Source of the DNA: Callorhinchus milii
Lineage: Eukaryota
DNA: 64,000 nucleotides
NCBI RefSeq assembly: GCF_018977255.1
Contig: NW_024704751.1
Coordinates: forward strand, 8,432,001 to 8,496,000
Direction of reading: 5' to 3'
The position numbers were made by a program, and so were the translations under genes. The notes below the pieces were generated by a model that ran no database searches, was not told the origin of the DNA, and saw only the letters and a program-made list of their open reading frames with translations. Below are positions 51,136 to 64,000 of the stretch, piece by piece (position 1 is the stretch's first letter; every line of letters begins with the position of its first letter).

Positions 51136-51699
51136 GGCGCTGGAGCTGTGAATCTTTTAACCCACGGCCTCGATCCTCCTGCTGTGGATGGACCACTTCC
51201 CTTCAGCCGCTCTCTGCCTCATTACATTCTCTGGGAATAACAATCGTGTGCGAGAACCGCCTTTTGCTCAGATCTGCAAAACAGGTTCCGAGCTTCCTTC
51301 TCAATGTTCCTTTTCTTTCTCTCACTCTCACTCTCTCTCTCTTTCTCTCGCTCCCTCCCTCCCTCCGTGACACGACCCCCATGTGAAGGGCGCTATATAA
51401 ATGCAAGTTGTTGTTGTTCCCTCTCTCTCTCTCTCTCTCTCCTTCAAACCTCAACGTAACTGGGAATAACCCACGGGATCAATAACATTGTGTGGGGTGG
51501 GGGTGGGGGGGGGTGGGGGGGGGGGAACAACAGCAAATCTTGAACATGTTTGTGGGTATCCACAGGGCCTGAGATCCGGGACATAGTTTAACATCGGATC
51601 CTGAAAAGCTGTAGATCCGGGGATATCCGAGAGCGGTGGATGCTCTGTGTGTGTGTGTGTGGGGGGGGGGGGGAGGGGGGGGTTGGGGGGGTGCGAGCG

Positions 51700-54230
51700 T
51701 GGGCTCTCGGGGTGTGTTGTGTGTTTGTATGCTCCCCAGGTGTGTGTGTTCCTCCCCAGGTGTGCTGTGTGTCTGTGCTCTGTGTGTGTCTGTGCTGTGT
51801 GTGTCTGTCTGTGCTGTGTGTGTCTGTCCGCGCTGTGTGTGTCTGCGCGGTGTGTGTGTCTGTCTGCGCTGTGTGTCTTCGCTGTGTGTGTGTCTGTCTG
51901 CGCTGTGTGTCTGTCTGTGCTGTGTGTCTGTCTATGCTGCGTGTGTCTGTGCTGTGTCCGTCTGTGCTGTGTGTGTGCGTGTGTGTCTGTGCTGTGTGTG
52001 TCTGTGCTGTGTATGTCTGTGCTGCGTCTGTGCTGTGTGTGTGTCTGTGCTGTGTCTGTGTGTCTGTGCTGTGTCTCTGTGCTGTGTCTATNNNNNNNNN
52101 NNNNNNNNNNNNNNNNNNNNNNNNNNNNNNNNNNNNNNNNNNNNNNNNNNNNNNNNNNNNNNNNNNNNNNNNNNNNNNNNNNNNNNNNNNNNNNNNNNNN
52201 NNNNNNNNNNNNNNNNNNNNNNNNNNNNNNNNNNNNNNNNNNNNNNNNNNNNNNNNNNNNNNNNNNNNNNNNNNNNNNNNNNNNNNNNNNNNNNNNNNNN
52301 NNNNNNNNNNNNNNNNNNNNNNNNNNNNNNNNNNNNNNNNNNNNNNNNNNNNNNNNNNNNNNNNNNNNNNNNNNNNNNNNNNNNNNNNNNNNNNNNNNNN
52401 NNNNNNNNNNNNNNNNNNNNNNNNNNNNNNNNNNNNNNNNNNNNNNNNNNNNNNNNNNNNNNNNNNNNNNNNNNNNNNNNNNNNNNNNNNNNNNNNNNGT
52501 CTGTTTTTTTTTTGTGTTGTCTGTCTGTCTGTGTGTGTGTGTGTGTGTGGGATCTGTCCGATGCTGTAAACCCGAGTTGTTTTTCTCTCTCCCTCTGTCT
52601 CAGCCTCTTATATATATATCTCTCTCTCTGTGTGTCGCTGTGTCCATTGGTCGGAGTTTGTCGCTACCGCATCTTCCATTGGCGCTGGACCCGCTCCAGC
52701 AGCGATTCGAGGATTGCACATCACAGGGCAGAGAATTGGGAACCAAAGAGGGGAATAAAAAGCCGAGACGAAGGAGGGAGAGAAAGAGAGAGAGAGAGAG
52801 AGAACAGACACAGAGCATCCAACACCCAGCACCCAGCACCCAGCACCCAGCACCCAGCACCCAACACCCAGCCCCCCCCCCCCAACCCCACCCCCTCAGC
52901 CCCACTCTCTCCTCCAACACAGACAGCCGAGAGCTGAGAGAGNNNNNNNNNNNNNNNNNNNNNNNNNNNNNNNNNNNNNNNNNNNNNNNNNNNNNNNNNN
53001 NNNNNNNNNNNNNNNNNNNNNNNNNNNNNNNNNNNNNNNNNNNNNNNNNNNNNNNNNNNNNNNNNNNNNNNNNNNNNNNNNGACGTTTCAATGCAGTGTG
53101 ACCCTCTGCACAGTTGGGGGGGAGGGAGGGGGGAGGGGGGGAGAGGGGGAAATGAACCCCATCGCCTCTCCCTGGACACTGCCTTTGCAGCACAACATGG
53201 GATTTAATGCTTAAATATCAGACCATTTGTTTACGTTGATTCTGTTTGTGTTGAGATTGTGACATGAAAGTGAGAGCTGCCATCAGCTGTGCTGTGTCTT
53301 TACCTCTCCCCTCCCTCCCTCCCTCCCTCCCCTCCATCACCATCCCTCCCTCCCTCCATCACCATCCCTCCCCTCCCTCCATCACCATCCCTCCCTCCTC
53401 CCTCCATCACCATCCCTCCTCCCTCCCTCCCTCCATCACCATCCCTCCCTCCTCCCTCCATCACCATCCCCCTCCCTCCCTCCCTCACCATCCCTCCCTC
53501 ACTCCCTCCCTCACCATCCCTCCCTCCTCCCTCCCTCACCATCCCTCCCTCCCTCCCTCCATCACCATCCCTCCCTCCCTCCCCATCACCATCCCTCCCT
53601 CCATCACCATCCCTCCCTCCCTCCATCACCATCCCTCCATCTCTCTCACTCTCTCTCTCTGAATATCTCTGTCTCGCTCCCTCTCCCATCCCCCTCTCTG
53701 CGAATCTTCCCCTCCCTCCCTCTCCCCTCCCTCCCTCTCCCTCTCTCCCTGTCTCTCTCTCCCTCTCCCCTCCCTCTCTCTCCCCCTCCCTCTCCCTCTC
53801 TCCCCGTCTCTCTCTCAGCTGTTCCCCACCTTTAATTGCTGTTTGGTGTTGGTGTGTTGTAGCGGAGAGGGAGAGGGAGAGGAGATGTTCAGCGCAGAGA
53901 CAAAACACAGAAAGGGAAATGTGTGTGTGTGTATATCTATGTACAGTGTGTGGGTATATATGTACAGTGTGTGTATATATGTGTAGTGTGTGTGTATATA
54001 TGTGTACAGTGTGTGGGTATATATGTGTACAGTGTGTGTATATATATGTGTAGTGTGTATATATATGTGTACAGTGTGTGTATATATGTGTAGTGTGTGT
54101 ATATATATGTGTACAGTGTGTATGTATATATGTACTGTGTATATATATGTACTGTGTGTGTATATATATATGTACAGTGTGTGTATATATGTACTGTGTG
54201 TGTGTATATGTGTGTGTATATATATATATA
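51700..54230. repeat. Low-complexity block: (TG/CTG)-rich repeat, N gaps at 52092-52498 and 52943-53081, (CAGCACC)n, (CCCTCCATCACCAT)n and a TA/TG-rich repeat
   Basis: Visible tandem repeats. The long ORFs here are repeat artefacts. Confidence 0.9.
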
Positions 54231-56564
54231 TGATAGGAGAAAACCAGGTAGAAAGGGAGTCAAGGCTGGGAGGTGGTTTGTGTGTGTGTGTGTGTGTGGG
54301 GGGGGTGGGGTGGGGGGGTGGGGGGTGTTCTCTGCCCAGGACAGTGATGGGGGGGGATTTGCTGCTGTTGATCCCCGCTTGTTGCCTGGTGTGCTGGGGT
54401 GGGGGCAGTGTAGCTCCGAGAAGCATTCAATAATTAACTGCGCTTTAAATGCAATGCGGCAAGTTGAGGGGACGGTGTGTGTGGGTGTGTATGTGTGAGG
54501 TGTATGGGGGGGGGAATGAGAGAGAGCCTTGCACTGTTGTGTGTGTGTGTGGGGGGATGGGGAGGGGTATGTGTGTGGGGGATGGGGAGGGGTGTGTGCG
54601 TGTGTGGGGGGGGGGGGTGGGAACCCAGAGATGAGGGTCCTGAGGCCAGACAGCTCTGAGCGTGACCTCGAATAGTCCCACCGTTTCCACCCCTTTATCT
54701 CCTGCCGTCGTTTGGCACAGTTTCTGCTGTAAAATGCACTCCAAACCATCTCTTCGACCGCGCCTTCGGTCTTCTTCGCACTCCCCCCCCCCCCCCTTTA
54801 CCCCCAACCTACCCCCCCACCCCTGGCTGGTCTTAGCCCCCATCTCGGGTGCAAACCTTTCACTGTCCAACACCTTGGGACGTCCTCCCGATGTGAAAGG
54901 CGCTGTGTAATGGCACGTTGGTGTTGTTGAAACTGGACCGAAACCGGGAGCAATTGTAGGGTTTTCTGTACAGTTATTGCCCTGTGCATCAGGTGTTACC
55001 TTGTCCACTGGTACCCAGCGCGCTGTTGGCACTAACGGGGGATGGTTTAGTTGTTCCTCAACCAAATACATCTCCAACCCAAACGTCCTCCCTCTCCTCG
55101 TGTGTGGCGATTGCTGATCGGGATTAGTCGCCTGCTCAGCAGTCACTACACTTACACAGCTCACCGTGTGCCAAGAGCAGCGGGGCAATAATAATGTGAT
55201 TTCATGCGTTTTATCCGTTTTGCCACAAAATACACAGTCCAAAAACTTTACAGTTTATTCTCTGAAGTGCTTTTAGACACTGACTTGATAAGGCGCTGTA
55301 TCAAACGCAAGTATTATTATTATTATTATGATTAATATGCCATTCTTCGGATAAGGCGTTAAGAAGAGGCGTTAAGAAGAGATCCCACCTGACTGTTCAG
55401 GTGGATGTTAAAGATCCCATGGCGCTATTTGAAAAGAGAAGGGAATTTCTCTCTCCTGGTGTCCTGGCCAACAATCCCCTAAATAAAATTTGTCACTCAC
55501 TCCACGGCTGTTTGCGGGATGCTGCTGTGCGCAACTGGCTGCCCGGGTTCACCCACAAAACACAGTCACTAGACGTTACGGTGTATCCTGTGAAGCACTT
55601 TGAGAGGTCTCAATGACGTGATCAGGCTCGATTATCAAATGCAAGGCTTCTTTATTAATTATTATTATCACGTTATCGGCATCTCAAAGTGCTTCACGGG
55701 AATTACCACTCGCAAGCGAGGGCAGCAGTCAATTTGCGCACAGCAACGTCCCACAAAGCGGCCACGTGGCTAATTTTATCCCGAGGATTGTCGGCCAGGA
55801 CGCGGGGAGAAACTCCAGCCTCTTTTCCGCTTGTGCACCCGGGACCTTTAACAACTGCCCGAGGACAGGCACAGACGGTTTAACATTCTCGTCCCAAGGA
55901 TGGCTTGACAGACAGCGTAGAGGGAGCTTTACCATGTTTATCACGGCCTGAACATGGCAGGAGTGAAATTCTAGCTAATATACACGGGTTTAGAGGGTAG
56001 AGTTTTACAAAGGACTTTTTACACCTTGTAGAACGTCGGTGAGGGTAAAGCCTGATCTGAACTTTGGGTTAATTCATCGACCAGGAATTGTTCGGAACCG
56101 GGCAAAGTCTGGGTACGAGGGAGACCTGATACAAATTCGCAAGTGAAGCAAATCTCAGAAATGAGTCAACAGTACAAGTCTCCTTGAACCTTAAACTGTA
56201 ATATCAGCACTGTAGGCTATAAACTGCAATTAGTGGGAATCAGTAATTTAAATGAGCTGTAACTTTATGTCGCCTGCAAGTCTCTCTTCTCCAGTATCTG
56301 TCAGCCCGAGAGAGATTAGTGGGGAGATTTAGGGACGGGGGAGTATTGGAGAGATTACTGCCAGGGCATCGATGTGTACAGCATCTCAAGCTTTCTGGGA
56401 CGCTATCCCGTGTGGGGGCCGCTATTATAAATGCAGGTTGTTGTTGTTGTTGTATCTCATTCCTTCCTTCCTGCAACATCTCATTAACTTCAAGTTAAAG
56501 GGAGGTCACGAGGGCAAGACATTGCCACTTTCAACAGCCTGTGTGGGCACCAGCCACGACACAG

Positions 56565-56693
56565 GTTAGAGACACAGTAAAGCTCCCTCTACACTGTGCG
56601 TCCACACTCCCAGGTCAGGGTTAGAGACACAGTAAAGCTCCTCTACACTGTGCGACCACACTCCCAGGTCAAGGTTAGAGACACAGTAAAGCT
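56565..56693. repeat. ~55-bp minisatellite, ~2.4 units
   Basis: gttagagacacagtaaagctc at 56565, 56620 and 56674. Confidence 0.8.
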
Positions 56694-56719
56694 CTGTCTG
56701 TACTGGTCCTGGCGGGTGG

Positions 56720-57012
56720 GTCGGTAACCCGAGGACACAGATTTAAAATAGTTGTTAGAAGAAACAGAGGGGAGGAGAATTTTTTTCACACAGCGAGTTG
56801 TTGGGATCTGGAATGCATTGCCGAAAAGACTGGTGGAAGCCGATTCGATAACGGCTTTTAAGAAAGAAGTAGATAATTATTTGGGGACGACAAGTTTGCA
56901 GGACTGTGGGGAGAGAGCGGGGGGAGTGGGATTTAATTGGATAGCTTGTTTCAAAGAGCCGGCACAGAAAAGATGGGCCGAATGGCCTCCTTCTGTGCCG
57001 TATAATTCTATG
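56720..57012 (+). mobile_element. CR1 LINE 3' end
   Basis: RRIFFTQRVVGIWNALPKRLVEADSITAFKKEVDNYL is the CR1 ORF2 C-terminus, followed by the gatgggccgaatggcctccttctg...ttctatg 3' UTR. Confidence 0.85.
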
Positions 57013-60000
57013 ATAACCTCAGAAAAAGTCTCCCCTGTGCACCATTGCGATATTTCCATCTCCCGCTCGGGCAGTGAGTTTGGCCTGGCTGACGCAGTGG
57101 ATGTGAACGAAGGTTTAAACACGTCGTGTGACTGAGGGGAAGCTGTGGTCTGCATCAGTTCTCATTATGATGGGTTTCCGCAGAAATCTGCAGCAACGCG
57201 CATTCTGACACCCTGAAATAACACTTCAATCATGACTGGAGTTTGCATAACAAACTGAATCAAAGTGCTGGCGGGGATGATGTGTGGCAGCCAATTTTCA
57301 CACAGCAACGTCCCACAAACAGCCACGGAGCGAGTGACCAATTTTATTTGGGGGATCGTTAGCCAGGACACCGGTGGGGGGGGAGAGAAATTCCTTTCTC
57401 TTTTCAAGGAGCGCCGTGGGATCTTTAACATCCTCCTGAACAGGCAGTTGGGACCTCGGTTTAGTGTCTCATCTGAAGCATTGCACTTCCGTTAATGTGT
57501 GCCACACCCACACACTCACACGCTCAGCAGGGCATTGGAGTGTCCGCCTCGCTCCATGACCCAAAGTGGGGCTTAATCTTGTAACCTTAGTAAAATCCTT
57601 GGCCTCCCGCTCTATCATTCAGTCTAATCTGGTCCTGAACAGCAATTCAAGAGGTTTAATGGGATGATGCTTCTTTCATTTTCTCTCTCTCTCTCGCCCT
57701 TTTATTATCTCTATCTTTCTTTCTCGAGTTTTTATCTCTCCCCCTCTCTCTCTCACTCTCTGAATTTCTTTCTTTCTGACTCTCACAATCTCTCTCTGAC
57801 TCTTTCAGTCTCTCTCTCTCTCTCTCTCTCCCTCTCTGCACCAAATATGGTATCAACATTTACAAAGCCTCAACTCCTTGTTAACTCGGAGTCGCTACCC
57901 CCGGGTGAAGGGCGCCGTGTAAATGCAAGCTGTTGTTGTTGTCATAGACTCGCGTTGTCTCATTGCACTTGCAGCGGTTGTGCAAGTCTTCTTTCTGCCT
58001 CTTCTCCTCCCACCAACCAAAGCCATTTGTCAGTTGCTGAAGAAGGTTGTCTCTTGGCCAAGAATCCTCCAGATAGTCAGATTGATCATTCCTCTCCTGC
58101 CTGTCTGTGGGGCATCGCTGTGTGCAAATTGCCTCCGCCTTGTTCTACAAATTAGACGACAGTTCAGAGTAAATCCTGTGAAGGCCTTTGAGACATTTCA
58201 ATTGTCGTAAGTGCTATAACAAATGCAAGGATTGTTATTACAGTAAAGTACAGATAACTCGACCCTGACTTAAACTTGTCACTACTGTACCACTTAAGTA
58301 ATCATGCTGTCAATATTCCCGGCTGCATTTACTTATGTATTTATACACACGACTAACTCACCACTCCAGGTACTGGTCACTGAACCCTTTTCCCTTTGGT
58401 GTTGACCAGTTATCAAGATCCTCCTCTTCGGACACCCTCCTACCCCCCCCACCCTCCCTGACCTCCACGCCTCCCCAAGCCCCGGCTCGGGTCCAAATCC
58501 CTGACTGTCCAACACCTTGGGACGTCCTCCTGACGTGAAATGTGCTGTGTAAATGTAATTAGTGGCTGCTGTTGTTTTTGTTGTCGCAGGGCCATGTGCC
58601 GGGGGTCATGGGGGGGGAACAGAGGGGGAAAAAAAGGTAGCAGGAGATCATACGGGGAGGGAAACGGAGAGAAAAAGGAAGCAACGGGGTCAGCAAGCCA
58701 GAGCCTGGCGATCTCACACAGCATCTCCCCACCCCCCCACCACCCCTGGTCTGCAGAATGGGGAGGGATAGAGGGAGGAAATCCCCAAAAAGGAGAGGTG
58801 ACGGTGTGGACGAGGGAGGGGTGGGGAGATGAAGGAGGTAGATTGAAAGTGAGCAGCACAGGCAGGGCAGACCTCCAGCTGTCCTGAGATCATTAAACGA
58901 AAGGTCACGGAGAAGTGGCCCCCAATAAAGCTTGTGAAATAAGACAATGATTGGAGCGTGGCATTGGGCTGTAACTGTCCATGTGCCCAGGGCAGAAATC
59001 TCCCAGCACACGCGCAGTCCCGGGCGCACACGCACACGCAGACGCACGAGTACATGCGTGCACACGCGCCAAACCAGGCCACTGCGGGGTGTTTACCCCA
59101 AGCTTGTTTCGAAAAAAATCGTGACCTTCAGACACCACTTCTCTCCCTCCCTCCCTCCCTCTCCCTCCCCTCTTCACGGAAAGATTCCACCACCGTCGCC
59201 TTATGGAAGCCAAAACTCCCAGCAGCGGATAAAAGCTAACGAGAGCAAGTGTCTGAGCTGCATCTTGTGCCGTTACTAATAAGGCCACTTCGCCTCTCAG
59301 TTTGGCTTCCTGCCTCCGAGCATCAACCCCAATTATAGATCCTGGAACATTCGTCTGTTCTCCCTGCACTGGTCGGAGCAGAGTGAATAACATTTAGCAG
59401 AAGCGTCTTAGCTGAGTTAAGCATTTACTAGTGAAGTGCGTTCCAAGCATAGCCTAGACTTGTTTTTCCTTGTGCTACTTTCCTCTCCTCCTCGTCCTCG
59501 TCTGACAGCTCCCCAGGCTCCCTCTCCCTCTCCCTCTCCCAATGGTTCCAGAATGTACCCAGTTCAAGGAATTCGCTGCACGGAAAGAGACAAATTCGAT
59601 TCAGTCAAGCCAAACCTGCTGCCAAATCAATCTCCACCACAGCTATCGTCAACAAGGGCAGCTCGCACTTACACATCCCCTTTCGCACCGTAAATGTACC
59701 GTTAATAAGAGTCCTCGCGTTCGATACGGCGCTTTATCACGTCTTCGAGGCGTCTCAAAGCGCTTCGCAGAACGGATTGCGAAGCGGAGTGTGTGTTTTG
59801 TGGGCCAAACGCGGCGGCCAATTGCGCACGGCAAACGGTCGTGGATTGAGGGACTCAAGTTTTTTTCGGAGATGGTTGTGGGGGGGGGAAAAGGGCGAGG
59901 GGAAGGGATTATTACCCCCGGAAAATGATCCACCGATCGACTAACAACCGGGTTCGTCCTGCCGAACCCAGGTCCTCTCACTCTCTTGCCAGGTGAATGC

Positions 60001-60198
60001 CCTAACCAATACTCTACAGAAATGCACGGATAACAACAACAGCTTGCATTTACGCGGGGTAGTGTCCCGGAACGCTTGTATGATTGCACTTGCTCGGGTA
60101 GGGGGTGGGAAAGCGCTGATCTCTAAACTCACCCGTGTCTCTGCGTTGACAGGTTTTTCCGCAGAGCAGCCCAGCCGTCTCCTGGATCATCGCTCGCC

Positions 60199-60358
60199 AT
60201 GGCTCCCACGTTGGCCACCGCTCACAGGCGACGATGGTGGATGGCCTGCACGGCCGTGTTGGAAAACCTGCTCTTCTCCGCCGTGCTGCTGGGCTGGGGC
60301 TCGCTGCTCCTCATGTTGAAGTCCGAGGGCTTCTACTCTTACCTCTGCGTGGACCCGG
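60199..60358 (+). CDS. SLC43A2: Large neutral amino acid transporter LAT4, first coding exon (gene continues beyond the window)
   Basis: [53 protein letters not shown] then G|gtgag. Nearly identical to the recalled human SLC43A2 N-terminus. Acceptor upstream at ~60152. Confidence 0.93.
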
Positions 60359-61654
60359 GTGAGGAGACCTGCTCAGCATCGTCACCATCGCTTCACTCAA
60401 TCCAACCGCAACAAACAGCCACTTACATTTACAACGACAAGTGATACTTACACAGCGCCTTTCACGTCGGGAGGACGTCCCAAGGCGCTGGACGAGTCAG
60501 GGATTTGGACCCGAGCAGGGGGTTAGGATCGGGTGGGGTGGGGGGTGTGGAGGGCAGGGAGGGTAGGGGTAGGAGGATGGCCGAAGGCGCGATCGAAGAG
60601 GAGGGTCTTGAACAGTGCCCTTCACAAGGTGCCATCCTCAGCAGATCCTGGGACTGCCCTTTGCCCGGGATCCTGTTGTGCTGGGAGCCTGTTGATATCC
60701 ACACAAGCCTTCACTTCAAGGAAGACATTGTGAAAGTAACTCAGTGCGGCAATCAGTGCTGACATGCTTAATTTCAGCATTTTGGCAAGTTCTTATCTCA
60801 CTCAGTACTTTACATACTCAGCACTCACTCAGGTCATCAGAGCCACCTTTGCCCTGGGCTTGGTGTTCGAGGCTTGAGGTACAAGTCCCAGCTCAAGGGC
60901 AGCTCAGATACACAGCGGCCAATGTAAAGGGCGGGTTTCAGCATCGCAGGGGGTATCAAGTAACCCTTTAGCTCTCGCGCTGACTTTCACATCTCTCAGG
61001 AGCAGGAACGCAACAGATGCTCAGTCGGTCACTGACTTGTGAGTTGTGAAAGGTTGCGAGTTTAGGCAAGTCCCACGTCACGTCAGGACATCAATAATTT
61101 GGTCAATTCGCTTTTCGGTATATTCTGTGAAGCGCTTTGAGGTATCTCAGCGACGTGATGAGGCGCTGTATCACATGCGAGGATTATTTTTATTATTATC
61201 TCCCTCTTTTCGCATCGGCTTTCTTTCCCTCCTGTCACAATGTCTCTTTCTTTTCTGTCGACTCTTTCCGTTCCTTCCTCTCTTTGTGTCCCCGCTTCCT
61301 CTTTCTCTTCGCGTATCTGTCTGGAGAGCTCAGGAAAACTGTTCTGCAAGAGAGACGCCTTCGGTGACAAGAGCTTTGCTTGAACTGCTCATCCCTGGGT
61401 GACGTTCCGTAACCTGTCATGACATTCCCAGTGACCCAATAACCTTCATCGCATTCTATTCCTCACACACATCGTCGCCATCAACCAGACCTGTTTTGAA
61501 TAAACCACTGGTTTTGTTTAGTACGTTGAGGTGTATATATTGTACACCTTGTGTGACTGCGACACTGGCCATCCTGCTTGTTTCTGGAACACTTTCTGTC
61601 CCGTTGAGTGACAAAAATTATTATTGTGTGATCATAATAATAATCCTTACATAC

Positions 61655-61932
61655 GCGATTGAAGGAAAGTAAATTCAGAACCAATCTGCGGAAACACTGC
61701 TTCAGTGAGCGAGGAATAGATTTATGGGACAGGCTCCCTAGGGAGACGGACCTTGGAAGCAGAGAATGTTGTTTGTTTCAAGAACGAGCGAGATAGATTT
61801 CTGCTGGAAAATAATATCTCGGGAAGACAGTACGTAGTTGGGGACACGACATGTCAAGCGACTGCCAGGATGGTGGCAGGGGAACGGGATGGGCCTTGGT
61901 CTTCTTTCGCCAGCAAATCCTTATGTCCTTAC
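61655..61932 (+). mobile_element. Degenerate CR1-type LINE 3' end
   Basis: Remnant KFRTNLRKHCFSERGIDLWDRLP...EAENVVCFKNERDRFL plus 3' UTR. Related pieces at ~29635-29765 (-), ~30360-30500 (-) and ~36150-36370. Confidence 0.7.
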
Positions 61933-62339
61933 GAGGCATCTTTAATGTCAGGAAGGTGTCTCAAAAGAGCTTCCCAGTAAAGTGTAGTGACTGTATTTTG
62001 TAGGCGAATGCAGACAGTTTGGACACAGCATTGTCCAATATCCCACAAACAGCCATAAACTGAATGATTCATTTTATTTGTGGGGATTGTTGGCCAGGAC
62101 ACCGGGAGAGAGAAACTCCCTTGTCGTTTCGAATAGCACCACGGGATCTTTAACGTCCGCCTGAACAGGCCGACGAGACCCCGGTTTAACACCTCAAGCG
62201 AAGGACGGCCCTCACGATAATTCAGCGCTGTTGCATCAGACCAGGATGTTAGTTCAATGCCCCGACGTGACATGGGGCTTCAACTTACAACAATGTGGCC
62301 CAGAGGGGAGACAGAGCCTGAGCCAGACCGACACCTACT

Positions 62340-62820
62340 TTGTGTGTTTCTGGGTGTGTGTGCGTCTATGTGTGTGTGTGTGTGTGTGTGTGAGAGCATG
62401 TCGGGGGTGTGTGTGTTTGCGTGTGTGNNNNNNNNNNNNNNNNNNNNNNNNNNNNNNNNNNNNNNNNNNNNNNNNNNNNNNNNNNNNNNNNNNNNNNNNN
62501 NNNNNNNNNNNNNNNNNNNNNNNNNNNNNNNNNNNNNNNNNNNNNNNNNNNNNNNNNNNNNNNNNNNNNNNNNNNNNNNNNNNNNNNNNNNNNNNNNNNN
62601 NNNNNNNNNNNNNNNNNNNNNNNNNNNNNNNNNNNNNNNNNNNNNNNNNNNNNNNNNNNNNNNNNNNNNTGTGTGTGCATCTATGTGTGTGTGTGAGAGC
62701 GTGTCGGGGGTGTGTGTGTGTGTGTGTTTGCGTGTGTGTTGTGTGTTTCTGGGTGTGTGTGCATCTGTGTGTGTGAGTGTGTCGGGGGGGGGGGGTGTGG
62801 GGTTGTGTGTGAGCGTGTAA
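62340..62820. repeat. GT-rich simple repeat with assembly gap 62428-62669
   Basis: Visible repeat and N run. Confidence 0.9.
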
Positions 62821-64000
62821 GGTGGTCCCCGCCCAGTGCGATCAGCCCCGACCCTGAGCAGTCGATGGCTCGAGTCCTCACTCCTCTCCCGTTCTCCCTC
62901 ACCATCGCTTGTTGTCTTGTCCCTATTTATACCAGTTGCCGCAGTAACGGGTCTGCACAGAGCCGGTACTCACAGCGCAGTGCTCATCTAAACACAAACC
63001 GCCTCCAAGCCATTTTACAAACTCTTTTAACTGCCGAGGAATTAAGTGAAGCAAACCCCGGCTTCTAATCTCCGCTGGTAAACAACAGTCAGACGAGGAT
63101 CTGGGGATGAATTGGGGTGACTTGGAGGGAGGGGGGGGGGGGTGGGGGGCGGTAAATTTAGACCGGTACAGGGTGCGGCAGCTGTCTGCCAGCCTCCGCT
63201 ACTCGATCCACGTGCCCTGAACTCACAGCAAGAAACCCAAACTCTCCCAAGATGTTCGCTGCAATCTCTTGTCTTAGGACCAGCCCCGTCTCTCTCTATC
63301 TGCTCGAGGGAGGGACTGGGTTGGTTGGTATCGAGTGTTGACTGACCCACTTTTTTCCGATGGCATCGTGCCCAGATCAGGGCTGACGACGACCGACACT
63401 CCTGGCATCCAATTACCTTATGCAACTTGCTTTTCTCTGCTGATCTTGTCTCTCCCTCGCTTGCCCCCTAACACTCCCCCCACCGCCCCCCGGGGTCAGG
63501 CTCCAGGCTCCACGCTGAGCGCGCTGTCCAGGCTGGAATTGTTGGCAGTGCCAGCGTTCGGGTGTGACAATCTGGAGGGACATTTGGACTCACTCTGACT
63601 TTGATCCACACCCTCACCCCCCCACTCGTCCCCCTGACACTCCCCCCCCCCGCCCTCCCCCTCACTCCCCTGATGCCAATCAGGTGGATATTCCTCTGCC
63701 CGAGTGAGCTCTTGTCGCTGTTGTTGTCGCTGTTATCGTTGCAGCGCCTTGGGACGTCCTCCCGACGTGAAAGGCGCTGCACACGTGTACGCTGCTGCTG
63801 CTGTTGTCTCGGCCGAGGTGGGGTTGGTCACTGGGACCGGTTGATGAGACGAGTTGTTTTTATTCTGAACGAGAAAAACAGGAGAATTCACCTCAATCAT
63901 CAGCCGACACAGTGTGTGGTGCGTGTGCGTGCGCGCGTGGGGTGGGGGTGGGGGTGGGGGGGGTCATTCACTCACGCGCACAGATAATGCTCCCCCATCC

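Noticed and set aside
51636-54749. Long Cys/Val-, Pro/Ser- and His/Thr/Tyr-rich ORFs of 200-480 aa
   Set aside because: Translations of simple repeats and N gaps.

Overview
Vertebrate genomic DNA with spliced genes, dense SINE/LINE repeats and four N-gaps. The repeat types suggest a cartilaginous fish, possibly a chimaera (inference). Gene order from hand-spliced models: last exon of an SLC13 gene (+), a complete 12-exon SLC13A5-like Na+/carboxylate cotransporter (+), rhodanese-like gene A (-), MED31 (+), rhodanese-like gene B (+), rhodanese-like gene C (-), SCARF1 (+, 11 exons), an IL-6/IL-27p28-like four-helix cytokine (+) and the first coding exon of SLC43A2 (+). The known genes match two human 17p13 blocks. 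The most interesting content has no human counterpart that I know of at these positions. First, three intact 3-exon single-domain rhodanese genes with different active-site loops; two of them share an identical first exon in an inverted repeat. Second, a secreted IL-27p28-like cytokine between SCARF1 and SLC43A2. Also seen: a near-identical tandem duplication of the SLC13 3' end and AT-to-GC-shifted SINE copies at promoters. No database searches were run; family assignments come from recalled motifs.
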